Source: Octopus vulgaris
Lineage: Eukaryota
Assembly: GCA_951406725.2 (NCBI GenBank)
Contig: OX597819.1
Coordinates: 52,390,001-52,454,000, forward strand
DNA length: 64,000 nucleotides
Direction: 5' to 3'
Below the pieces are notes generated by a model. The model saw only the letters and a list, made by a program, of their open reading frames with translations, ran no database searches and was not told where the DNA came from. Shown here one piece after another: positions 38,645 through 51,014 of the stretch. Positions within the stretch are counted from its first letter, which is position 1, and the number at the start of each line of letters is the position of its first letter. The translations under genes and the position numbers were made by a program.

Positions 38645-39060
38645 AGATTGTGATAGAGAATAAGAATTGCAGGATTTTATAGGAGTTCCTCACAAAGACT
38701 GGTCATACTACTGCAGCAAGAAGACTGTATATGCTTATAAACAATCAAAGACATGAACAGTGTAGAACCATAGACTTTGCAATACTGTAAAAGGTAATAG
38801 AAATATATCAAGACCTAGTCAGAGAAATGAAGAGCTTGTCAAAGACGAGATGACAATTATTCCTGTGGTAATTGGTGCACTTGGAACTACATCCAAATTG
38901 CTATATAAGTTGCTAAAGAATATTGGAATAGAGACTTATATTGTTGACCTACAGAAAAATACACTTGTGCATTCTGCAAGAGTCATCAGAAAAATTCTTG
39001 AGATTTGAGGAGACTTGTCACCAAATCTGAAGATGACATCTCTGCTAACTAATGTAGCAA
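38645..39060 (+). mobile_element. R4/Dong-type LINE 3' end (REL endonuclease, decayed)
   Basis: ..CRTIDFAI..YQDLVREM..IIPVVIGALGTTSKLL..L..IGI......LQK..L..SARVIRKILEI*. Confidence 0.8.
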
Positions 39061-39327
39061 ATAATAGTTACAGCAACAGATAGTTTCAAATTTTAACACA
39101 AGGCCAGCAAATCAAGGATTAGTGAGTAAGTTAGTTACAGCGACCTTAATGCTCTACTAGTATTTGGCCCTGAAAAAATGAAATGCAAAGTTGGCCTTGT
39201 TGCTATTTGAACTCAGAGCACAAAGAAGTGAAACAGATACTGCAAAGTATTTGCTTTGTGCAGCTCTCTAGCTTGCCAGCTCTGGTCAAACCATCCAACC
39301 ACTACCAGTATGGAAAACAGACATTAA

Positions 39328-39547
39328 CCCTTTCATTACCAACCCGGCTGAAACCAGCTCTGGCTCTGAGTACAAATGTCTCATTTTCATAAGTTTTGAA
39401 TTAAAATCTTCCACCAAACCTTAGTTACAATTTATGTTCCTAACACTAGCTGATCGATAACTAAGTTATTTTACTAAATTCTTTGTTACATTTAAAGTAA
39501 TTGAAAGAAATACAGAGCATCTCAAAATAAATACAGTGACAAAAGGG
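39328..39547. mobile_element. piggyBac-type MITE (220 bp)
   Basis: TTAA TSD at 39324-39327 and 39548-39551; TIRs CCCTTTCATTAC / CCCTTTTGTCAC; inserted in the TTAA of an RTE-type tail. Confidence 0.85.
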
Positions 39548-39590
39548 TTAAAGGATGATGATACATACATACATGCATGTTATTATTATT

Positions 39591-40247
39591 GAGGATACTG
39601 TGTCTACCAGGGGTTTGTACTGTCTGTCAAGTCGTAACAAGGACCTCAGGCAGACAGTGCTTTATGCAATATCCATGCAGTTTCAAGTAAAGCCAATTTC
39701 CACAATATACCAAGATCGTAGGGTATTACTAAAGTTTCCAGATGTTTCTTCAGATTGGGTAGTCTTGAACCCAATGCTCCAATGATAACAGGGACAATCT
39801 TTGTTTTGACTCTCATAACTGCCACATTTTGATGGTCTTGATTCTCAAGTCCCCATATTTATCAACCCTTCCTCTTTCTTTCATGATATGTTGATCTCCT
39901 GACACTGCCACAACGATTATTAGGCACTCTTGTTTGTCCCCCTTAAAGGTTACTATATCTGGCCTTCAGTGTTCTAACACCTTGTCTGTCTGAAAGCCAA
40001 AATCCCAGAGGATCTTTGTCTTCCTATTTTCATCCATTTTTACTTTCCTGGTGTATGTTGGTACCAAGCGCCTGTTACCTTGTGTCCATACTTCTAGCAT
40101 AGTAGCCAGTGAAGTTTTTGGGCTACCTTGGTGTGTCTGCACTTGTACTCTTTCTGCACAAGGCTTTCACAAACACTAACAATGTGGGTCATGCTTTTAG
40201 GCCTTCATCCAACACATTCTGCAGAGGTTCATTGCACTTGTATGGCA
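39591..40247 (-). mobile_element. R4/Dong-type LINE 3' part (zinc-knuckle remnant plus REL endonuclease)
   Basis: HIVSVCESLVQKEYKCRH.KVAQKLHWLLC.KYG...WYQH.P...KILWDF.FQTD....RPDIV....ECLII.VAV.GD...KYGDL...MW...IVPVIIGALG; flanked by (ATT)n at both ends. Confidence 0.88.
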
Positions 40248-41282
40248 TATTATTATTATTACTATTATTATCATCATCATCATCATCATCATCATTAAGG
40301 CGGTGAGCTGGTAGAATCACTAGCATGCTGGATAAAATGCTTAGCAATATTTCGTGCACCGCTAAATTTTGGGTTCAAATTCCGCCAAGGTCGACTTTGC
40401 CTTTTATCCTTTCAGGGTCAGTAAAATAAGTACCAGTTGAACACTAGGGTTGATGTAATTGACTCATCCATTCCCACCAAAACCATTATAATTATTATCA
40501 TTATTATTGATATTATTTAAAACAGTTTCATTTGGTTTCATTCAACTTAAAGTATTGCAAGACTCTAACAGGCTTAAATTACTGATTGATTAATCTAAGC
40601 CTAAAAGAAATGGGTCTCTGTTAGAAGCTCGTGAAACTTTAAGTCACATGGCGCTGAATCAAACAGTTCTAAATAATAAACATGCAACTCTTACTAAATG
40701 TGTTGACAGCCTTTTTCTTTTGTTTTCTTCTCACTTGTGTGTGTGTGTATACACACACAAACACACATGAATCACATACACACCTATATAGTAAACCAAC
40801 ATAAGGTTTGGGAAGGCATCTAGTGCTAATTAGGTAAATTGCTCATAAATTACATTGTGCAGCGAAAGTGTTAATTACAAGCAACTAAATTGATTTGGAC
40901 TTCTTAATGTAATAAATAGATTTTCTTGCATAAAATTCTTCCTATTAACATTGGTAAAAGAGAACAAGAGCAAGAAAAACAATGCAATGAAGAGCACTTG
41001 TCAAAACAGACCTTAGAACTCCAAGATGGTTTGATGCCAGTGTAGGACAGCAATTCTTAAACTGGTCAGTACACCTTGTTGGAGTGGGGTGGGGGTTGTT
41101 GTGAACTCACAAGGAGGTAGTAGATGTCAGCACAGTGTAACAGGAAGGTGCTGAGTAATTAGAAGGGTTGTGATTTTTGTTAGAAACAGAATATTTCATT
41201 ACTTATATTTTAAAACACTGTTGATGAAAATTAATCTTTGTTAAGATTAGCCTATTGTGTGTGTGTGTGTGTGTACATACAT

Positions 41283-41484
41283 ATAGGGAGAGTTTATGAA
41301 AAAAACAAAAGATGAAGACAGGTGGTGTACAAAACAAACAGATGTATTAGTATAACGCTCAGGAATAGAAAAAGCCTTTTACGTTTCAAGCCTATGCTCT
41401 TCTACAGAAAGAGACACAGAAAAAACAAGGAGAGAAACAAGGAGAGAAAAAAAATGTATGTAGTGGCTAACGATCTATCATGGC
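41283..41484 (-). mobile_element. Short Penelope-like (pLTR-type) element containing a hammerhead-like motif
   Basis: About 200-bp unique block between TG/TA microsatellites that contains the 41376-41411 motif. Confidence 0.5.
41376..41411 (-). ncRNA. Minimal type I hammerhead-like motif (CUGUAGA variant)
   Basis: cttt-CTGTAGA-a-gagc-atag-gctt-GAAAC-GTA-aaag. Stem I CTTT/AAAG, stem II GAGC/GCTT, palindromic ACGT stem III, GUA triplet; core A6 is replaced by U. Confidence 0.55.
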
Positions 41485-43073
41485 AACATACATACATACA
41501 TATGTGTATGTCTTGTGTGTGTTGTATGTTTGTGATTGTCCCTCATCAGTTTTTGAAAACATATTGGTTGAAGTCCATGTAAGTTAGCAATTCAACAAAA
41601 CAGCCCAACAAAATAAGTGCCAAACTTAAAAATAAGCACTGGGGTTTATTTGACTAAACCCTTCAAGGAAATACTCCAGCATGACTCCAGACAAATGACT
41701 GAGACAAGATAAATCATATGAATAAAAGATAAATCATATGAATGGGAGAGGAGTGTTTGTAAAACACTATTTAGTGAAAGGGGCACTGAACTACAAAAGG
41801 TGAGAACCAAAGGCGTAGAATGAGTGAGCAGTAGGGATAGAGCAGGGTGTTAAGGGTGGCATGGTTTAGTGCGGAAGAGATGATATGGTACAAGATAGGG
41901 ACATCTAAAACAAATATGTCTTGTGTCAGTAATTACTTTCTTATACATCATCTTACCATTGCCCTTTAGATCAGATATTTTTTATTGGAATGATTGGTTT
42001 TTATAACTGAATGGACTTTACTGTACCAATAGCCCTTATCTATGGAGTTAAACTGGAACCAAACAGAACCAGATTTGTCAGTAAAAGTTAATGTTTGTCA
42101 AATCAGACATTATATTTATGATGATGATCATGAAAATAAAGATGAGGTAGACGATGCTGATGATGATGGAGAGGAAGATAAAACAGTCATTGATGAGGAT
42201 AATTATGAAACGATGATTTAGAGAAACATATATCCAAAGTAGTCAATGAAATTTGGCTACATCTGTTGAAGCCGTGAAATTAGGGCTCTCCTATCTCGAC
42301 AATCTTTGTTCACAATTAATCATTGGACATGCAATTTACTTCCATTACATCTGTGCCGGCGCTAAACAAACAAACAAACTAAATAAATTAAACAGACTCA
42401 CAGACCGACAGACAGATAAACAGACAAACAAACACTACAGCTTGTATGCGGCTTGCTAACAAATTTTTACAGCTATTTTTATTTATATACACATATTAAA
42501 TGACACATTCACCACCACTACTATCAGGCAACACCCCCACCAAACTGCATAACCATGCTCTCACCCTCCACCGCTAAACCACACACACACACACACCTTC
42601 ATCAAACAAACATTCCGTATGAAACCTGGGTCAGAGAAGATAACTATGAAACAGAGCAAACAAATTGTGTTAGACATACATGTCAAATATATTTGGTAAA
42701 CATGGCAATCTCATTAACTAACTACCAGTACAGATTACCATGGCTGATAATTCCTTGGAGAGGACCTGTGTTATTTTTTTTTCTTTTTGTGGTCCCCCCA
42801 CTCCTACCAATTCATCAGAACAAGAACACAGTGCATCTATGAATATACAACTATTACAAACAACAAACAATAATAACAACAACAACAACAAGGAAAGATC
42901 AGTTTCCACAATAATTTGGTCAGGAGAGACAGATGATAAATAAATAAAGCTTATGGTGTACAGAAATTAATGAACAAAACAAGCTTGCTGGCTTTTATCT
43001 TGTTTTATGCAGTCAAACTTTCTCTGTTAAACTATTCCCTAACACATAAACAATTTATTCAAAACTTCCATGT

Positions 43074-43075
<2 letters not shown>

Positions 43076-43152
<77 letters not shown>
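43076..43152. repeat. Perfect (TA)n microsatellite
   Basis: Uninterrupted TA run; many similar TA, CA, GA, AAT and ATG runs occur throughout the window. Confidence 0.95.
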
Positions 43153-43155
<3 letters not shown>

Positions 43156-43322
43156 CGTAGGAGTGGCTGTGTGGTAAGTAGCTTGCTTACCAGCCACATG
43201 GTTCCAGGTTCAGTCCCACTGCATGGCACCTTGGGCAAGTGTCTTCTACTATAGCCTCAGGCTAACCAAAGCTTTGTGAATGGATTTGGTAGACGGAAAC
43301 TGAAAGAAGCCCATCATATATA

Positions 43323-43393
<71 letters not shown>

Positions 43394-43600
43394 TTGTGTG
43401 TCTGTGTTTGTCCCCCCCAATATTGCTGGACAACTGATGCTGGTGTGTTTACATCCCTGAAACTTAGTGGTTTAGGAAAAGACACTGATAGAATAAGTAT
43501 TAGACTTACAAAGAATAAGTCCTGGGGTTGATTTGCTCGACTAAAGGCGGGGCTCCAGAATGGCCACAGTCAAATGACTGAAACAAGTAAAAGAGTAAAG
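43153..43600 (+). mobile_element. SINE family A, full-length copy
   Basis: GGCGTAGGAGTGGCTGTGTGGTAAG (A box) ... GGTTCAGTCCC (B box), core, internal TG/TA microsatellite, tail TGACTGAAACAAGTAAAAGAG. Confidence 0.9.
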
Positions 43601-43761
43601 AGAGAGAGAGAGAGAGAAACAGGCAGGCAGGGAGACATTGCTGCTCCTGTGCCACTGCATTGATGGGAGAGATTTTTTTAACACAGTTTTGGTTTCTTAT
43701 ATGTTCCTTATTATTATTATTATTATTATTATTAATATTAATATTATTTTTATTGATTAAT

Positions 43762-44218
43762 AAGGAGATGAACTGACAGAATCATTAGTATGGTAGACAA
43801 AATGGTTAGCTGCATTTCTACCAGCTTTAAATTTTGAGTTTGAATTCCACCAACATCCACTTTGCTTTCGTCCTTTCAGGGTTGTTAAATTAGAATGCCA
43901 ATTGAGAAATAGGGTCACTGTAATTGACTAGCCCCCATCCAATAACATTTCAGGCCTTGTGCCTTTAGTTGAAAGAATTATTATTCACTACTAGGAAGGC
44001 TGACTGGCAGAAGCATTATTAGTGTTGCAGTGTTGGAAAAAGCCTTGTGATATTTCATCTGGCCCTTTTATATTTTGAGTTCAAATCCTGCCAAGGTCAA
44101 CTTTGTGTTTCATTCTTTCAGGGTCAAGAAAAAGATAAAATACCAGTCAAGCACTGAAATTATGTAATCAATTAACCCCTCTCCCTAAAATTGCTGATCC
44201 TGTGTCCAAATTTGAAAC

Positions 44219-44257
<39 letters not shown>

Positions 44258-44429
44258 GTTGGTGAGCAAGCAGAATTGTTAGCATGCCAGGCGAAATGCT
44301 TAGTGGCATTTTGTCTGCCGCTATGTTCTTTCAGGGTTGAAGAAATAAATACCAGTTATGCACTGGAGTCAATGTAATTGACTATTTCCTCCCACCAACT
44401 TTTCAGGTCTTGTGCCTACAGTAGAAACA

Positions 44430-44461
<32 letters not shown>

Positions 44462-44675
44462 GGTGGCAAGCTGGCAGAATCATTAGCACGCCAGTTGAAA
44501 TGCTTATCGGTATTTAATCTGCTGCTACATTTCCAAGTTCAAATTCTGCTGAGGTTGACTGTACCTTTAATCTTTTTGGGGTCCATTAAATAAGTACCAG
44601 TTACACACTGGGGTCGATATAATCAACTTAATCCCTTTGCCCAAATTTGAGTCCTTGTGCTGCCAGTAAAAAAGA
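43762..44675 (+). mobile_element. Head-to-tail array of four SINE family B copies
   Basis: Heads at about 43762, 43993, 44256 and 44460, with (ATT)n runs before, between and after the copies. Confidence 0.85.
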
Positions 44676-44776
44676 TTATTATTATTATTATCATTATTAT
44701 TTATCATGTTTTGGCTTTGCTTTAATTTATATGAGTTGCAACCAAGTCTCAGACAGAAACATCAAGGGACCTGCAT

Positions 44777-45325
44777 TTAACCTTTTAGCTTTTAAACCAA
44801 CCATATACAACCCAAATATTCTACCGGTTTTATGTTGACATTGGCCAGGTCAGGCTTCTCACACCTACCCTACAATGTCATTCTAAAAATAAGCAATTAC
44901 ATCATTGGAATCTTGAAGCTACAAGATAATGCATGAAGGCATGGCTGTGTGGTAAGAAGCTTGATTCCTAATCACATGGTGCCAGGTTCAGTCCCACTGT
45001 GTAGCACCTTCGACAAGTGTCTTCTGCCAAAGGCTCTGGCTGATGAAAGCCTTGTGAATGGATTTGGATTTGGTAGACGGAAACTGAAAGAAGCCTGTCG
45101 TATATATGTGTGTGTGTGTGTATTTTTGTCCCCACACAAGTGCTGGTGTGTTTACGTCCCCGTAACTTTGTTCAGCAAAAGGATACTGATAGAATAAGTA
45201 CAAGGCTTAGCAAAAAACTTAAGTATTGGGATCAATTCATTTGAATTAAATTTTCTTCATGTAAAAGATAAAAGATAAGAGAAACATTACATCCAACAGA
45301 GTAACCTAAATGCCAAACAGTCAAA
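44777..45325. mobile_element. piggyBac-type MITE (same family as 22379) interrupted by SINE A
   Basis: TTAACCTTTTAGC...CTAAAAATAAGCAATTACATCA...GCTACAAGATAATGCATGA, then SINE A about 44937-45280, then the decayed other end CATTACATCCAACAGAGTAACCTAAATGC. Confidence 0.7.
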
Positions 45326-46607
45326 GTATTCTATCAAAATGTCATGCAAATCTATTTTCCAAACACTATTTCAATAATAACAGACTTATTTTACTATATT
45401 CTTCATTATTTTCAGAATTAATTGAATCAAAGTGTAATTTGACAGAAATATGGTAACGGAAGGGTTCACCAAAATTTCTTTGAAGAGTATGAAAGATGCT
45501 CATATAATAGCAGAAAGGTGAAGACGTATAACATAGGGAAAACCATATTCTTTGCAAACAGAGAATGGTTTACTTTACCAATGAGCCAATGAGAACGTTT
45601 CTACATGATTGCTCAACCTGCTAGAAATAGCAGACAAATCTCCTTTAGGCAAAACCTCCACTGTTTAAAAATAAAAGGAGACATTCAATAATGTAATCTA
45701 AGCTACACTAAAAGAAATACAAAACAAAACAAAACAAAGAACATGATGGTCATGGCCGGAATACCTCTGATTATAGGTCTACTTTGATCAGAGCTGACCT
45801 GTAGCTAAACAAACATTCATTCATTCATTCATTCACAGAAAACAAAAAATTATTGAAAATATTAGAATTTGCAGCACTATTCAATCAGTGTTAGGAAATA
45901 CTGATATACAATGGTTGTATGCACATGCTTGCATGCATGCACAAGTGTGCATCAGCCTGCAAGTCTGTCTGCCAATACATATGTATGAATGTAAGTTGAT
46001 GCTTCATGCTTTAGCAATTTTATTTATTTATTTAAGCATTTATTTATTTATTTTTTCCTCAATAAGGCTGCAAGTTAAACAAACAGAATTAAAAACTCTT
46101 CAATGCTAAATTCTTGCATTGAGAAATGATGACGGAAAATGAACGGGGGGGGGGGAAAAGAAATCAGGTGGGAAGGAAAAATATATAAAAAAAATTAAGA
46201 AAAACTAAACAAGAAGTAAAAATATATGTAAATTGATAAAATTAAGAAAGACCAAATCAAATAATAATAATAATAATAATAACAACAACAACGCGTTTTA
46301 TGAGGATTGAACCTAAAGCGAAGAACTCCATTGTTCTAGTGAGAAATTTATAATGCAAAGAAAAAAGAAAAAAATGGGAAAAAATGGGGAAAAAAAAGGA
46401 AAGAAATTTCTCAGTTTTTCCAACCCATGAATAGAATTTGCATTGGGAATGGCAAGCAATAACTCTGGCCTAGTAAATTAGATTATTGGCAGTGAAAGAC
46501 ATGGAATGAGACAAGACATGGAAGGGAAACAAGAAAGAAAGAAAGGAAATGGATTTTAAAAGTAAGGGAGTGGGGAAGTGTGTTAGATGTGGAAAGAGGG
46601 AAAGTAG

Positions 46608-46672
<65 letters not shown>

Positions 46673-46702
46673 ACATATATATATTATTAAATAGAAAAAG
46701 GA

Positions 46703-47450
46703 ATGGGGAGAGGTGATGAAAAAAAAGGCAAGTTTGTTAAAGAGGGAAAAAAAACTAAACAAAGAAAAAACAAGGTAGACGCCAAGAAAAAAGTTATACA
46801 AGAAAAAAAAATGAGAGAGAGAGAGAGAGAGAGAATGAGAAAAAAGATAAAGGAAAGAGAGGATGGAGAGAGAAAAGGTGGAGCCAGAGGGAAAAGGAGG
46901 GGTAGGGCTAGAGGAGGAAGGAGAGATAGTGAGAGGGAAGGAGAGAGAGAGAGAACGTGGGAAGGAGAGATAGTGAGAGAGGAAGGAGAGATGGATGGGG
47001 AAGAGAGACAGAGAGAGAATGATAGAAAAAGGGAGGAGAGACAGTGAGAGGAGAGATAGAGAGCATGGGAGAGAGTGATAGTGACAGAGGGAGGAAGGAG
47101 AGATGGAAAGAGAGAAGAGATAGAGTGTTGGAAGGAGAGGTAGTGAAGAGGGAGGAAGGAGGGAGAGAAGGAGAGAGAATGAGAGAGGGAGAAGACGGTG
47201 AGAGGGGGAGGTAGGAGAGACAGAAAGAGTGAGAGAGATCAAATGGTATTGAATGAATGAAAAGAAAGGAAAAACTGTCAAAGAAGAGAGAGAGAGAGAG
47301 AGAGAAAGAGAGCTAAAGTTTAAAGAATGTTAAATGAGAATGACAGCAAAGTGACAGAGGGAGAGAAAGAGGGGGAGGCAAAGGAAAAAAAAAAGACGGG
47401 GGGGGGGGATGAAACAACAAAATGAAAGAAACGAAAAAAAAATTAAAAGT
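46703..47450. repeat. Long polypurine (A/G) low-complexity tract
   Basis: About 750 nt that are very strongly A/G-rich on the plus strand; a second such tract lies at about 48440-48720. Confidence 0.85.
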
Positions 47451-47555
47451 AAAACAAGCTAGAGAACCAAGTCACTGCCATAGAAAAACCACATTTCTAT
47501 CCTAGGGGTAACTAGTTCTAATCTAGCACAGTCTATTAGTTTGTTTTTTCTTGTA

Positions 47556-47591
<36 letters not shown>

Positions 47592-49895
47592 GTTATTATT
47601 ATCATTATTATTATTGTTATTATTATTGTTATTATTATCATTATTATTATTGTTATTATTATCATTATTATTATTATCATTATTATTATTATTATTATTC
47701 CTGTTATTTTTCATTTCACTGGTAAAAATATTCTGAAGTTTCAAACGCAGCTGTTACGGTGGTTGCTGTTGTTGTTGCTGTTATTGTTGTTTACATGGAT
47801 ACAGTGTTTTTTGTTGTTGCTGTTGTCACTGTTTCAATTACACTAATTCATTTTAAATGTATTTATTTTTGCATAACCCGCACCACCGACACCCCACTAA
47901 CATCAAATCCAGCCCGACGTCCACCCCACCCCGCCCTGCTTCACATCCTCGCCTATGACGCTGCTGCAATGACATTTCCTACATCACTCCCCACCCACCC
48001 CGCCACTAACGTCAACCACCACTACCACCACCACCACCACCACCCGTCCCACCACCGATCTCCTCCCTCCTCCAACCCCCTCAACACCATTCCCCAGGTT
48101 TTTACATAATATGATGAAGGAGTGTTATGATTTGGAAATAATGATAATAATTATGATTATTATGGTGTGGGTGGTAGTGGTGGTGATGATGATGATGATG
48201 ATGACGATGATAGTGAATAATGATGATGATGATGATGATGATGATGATAATCAGTATTATTATTGTCATCATTATCATTGTGGTCATGGTAGCACTGGTG
48301 GCAGCCATAATGATGAGGAGGCAGTGATTTGAAAGAGTAAAAGCTATGATGATGATGATAAGAATGTCAATGATGATGTAGTTGATGATGATGATGATGG
48401 TGATGACAAATGCTGGCCAACACCAAAACAAAACAAAAATGAGAGAGAAAAAGAGAGAGGGTGAAAGAGAGAGAGTGAGAGGGTAGAAAGAGGGAGAGGA
48501 AGAGGGAAAAGAAAGCGAATGAGAAAGTGACAGACAGAAAGGGGGGAGAGAGGGAAAGAGAGAGTGAATGAAAGAGAGAGAGAGAAACAGATAGAGTAAA
48601 AAGAAGAGACCGGAGGAGGAGAGAAAGAGACAGTCAGAAAGAGAGAAAGAGAGGAAAGACAGAATGAGAGAAAACAGTATTGAATAAAAGTAATAAACAG
48701 AAATCAGAAAACAGCATGTGAAGGTGAAGGGTGGAGGTGCAGGGGGGGGGGAGAAATATAGAGCTGAGATTGTCTTGATTTTTAAGTAAAAGTAACCATG
48801 GTGGTGGTAGTGGTGGTGGTGGTGAAGGTGGCGGTGGTGATGATTAAGATGGTGATGGTAAGAATGGTATAATTTGTAAATAATGGCAACTGATGATGAT
48901 GATGAGGATGATGATGATGATAATTGGGGTGATGGTGGCGGTAGTGGTGGTAGTAGCGGTTTAGCATTGTCGTAATTTGTAAATGATGATGATGATATTG
49001 GTGGAGGTAGAGGTGATGGTGATGGTGATGAGGATTGTTATGATTTGGAAATAATTGTAATTGTAGATGATTTCTAAGAGTGTAGTGGTGGTGGTGGTGG
49101 AGACGGCAGTGGTTGTAGTGGTGATGGTGGCGGCTGTGGCTGTAGCGACAAACAGGGATAAGGATGAGGAGGGGGGGTTAATGACAATTCCTGTGATTTA
49201 GAAATAATAATGAAGACGGTGATGATAATGATGATGATGATGATGATGATATTGTAGCTGGTGGTGGTGAAGATGTTCTATGATTATTATCGTAATTCAG
49301 AAATAATAAGGGATTTTGATGATGATGAGGATGATGATGATGATTATGTTGATGTTGTTATAATTTAGAAATTACTATAACTGAGCTGCTGCTGATGATG
49401 ATGATGATGACGGCAGAGATGGTGTCGGTGGCAGCATTGCAGAGGGAGATAATCGGATATACCGTTGCGACACATACTTAAGAAAATGATCCTTACAACG
49501 ATAATGATTTTGTTTAGATTAAGTAGCAAGCAAGCTCCTCCTCCTCCTCCTCCCTAAAAGAATGTGCAAGCCTGAGCGAAGAGCCTGAAGAGCCGGTGGC
49601 TGACTTTGTGTATTACAAAGTTATTTATTATATTTGACCCAACAACCAGAGAATGGATAACAAGGTGAGACATGAGTGGGTGCTGAGATGTTATGGCATC
49701 TCACAACACATGCATATATATGTGTTTACCTAAATGGAGGCGATCACCTTTCTCCATGTAGTCGGCTTGAAAAATTGTTAAGACACCAGGATATTTTACT
49801 ACTTTCCTTAACATGAAACCAATGGGAGCCTTAATGTACAAATAAAGAAATTATATCCACCAATGCGGTGGATGTAACTTCCATCATTCAAGATT

Positions 49896-49935
<40 letters not shown>

Positions 49936-50114
49936 TATATTATATCATATTATATTCTATATATATATATAGTGGTGGGCTTTAGGAAGGGCATCTGGCT
50001 GTAGAAACCATGCCAAAGCAAACGTTGAAGCATGGTGCAGCCCCTGGATCCATTGAATCATGTCAAACCATCCAACCAATGCCAACATGAGACATGGATG
50101 TTAAATGATGATAA

Positions 50115-50176
<62 letters not shown>

Positions 50177-50182
50177 TATAAT

Positions 50183-50959
50183 AGATGAGAATACCTGTGT
50201 GAATAAGTGCCACACCCTAGCAGTTGAAGGAACCGGTGGAAGAGCTAGACCCAGGTAGACCTGGGATGAAGTGGTGAAGTGGTGAAGCAAGACCATCGCA
50301 CATTAGGCCTCACCGAGGCAATGACTAGTGACGGAGACCTTTGGAAATATGCTGTGCTTGAGAAGACTCGGCAAGCCAAATGAGACCATAACCTTGTGGC
50401 CTATGCCAAAGGTGTAACCAGCCCACTTATGCATACCTTTCCTTCATTGGACACTAAACTCTGCTTGTGAAGACCTGTTGAGGCAAGTGAAAACGAAATC
50501 GAAATCAAATTCGATGACTGGTATCTGTGCTAGTGGAGCGCTAAGAGCACCATCCGAGTGTGATCGTTGCCAGAGCAGCTAACTGGCTTCCGTGCTGATG
50601 GCACATAAAAAGCACCATTCAAGCATGATCGTTACCAGCGTTGCTGTACTGGTGGCACGTAAAAAACATTCGAGTGATGTTGTTGCCAGTGTCGCTGGAC
50701 TGGCTCCTGTGCAGGTGGCACGTAAAAAAACACCATTTGAGCATGGCTGTTGCCAGTACTGCTTGACTAGCCCTCATGCCAGTGGCATATAAAAGCACCC
50801 ACTACACTCTCGGAGTGGTTGGCATTAGAAAGGGCATCTAGTTATAGAAACTCTGCCAGATCAGCTTGGAGCCTGGTGCAGCCATCTGGTTCGCCAGTTC
50901 TCAGTCAAATCGTCCAACCCATGTAAGCATGGAAAGCGGACGTTAAATGATGATGATGA

Positions 50960-50963
<4 letters not shown>
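50183..50963 (+). mobile_element. RTE-clade LINE 3' end (ORF end plus complete 3' UTR)
   Basis: KCHTLAVEG..GR.RPR.TWDEVVK...LGLTEAMTSD.DLWKYAVLEKTRQAK*, then a 3' UTR with four repeat units and a GGACGTTAAATGATGATG tail, between TA runs. Confidence 0.9.
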
Positions 50964-51014
<51 letters not shown>

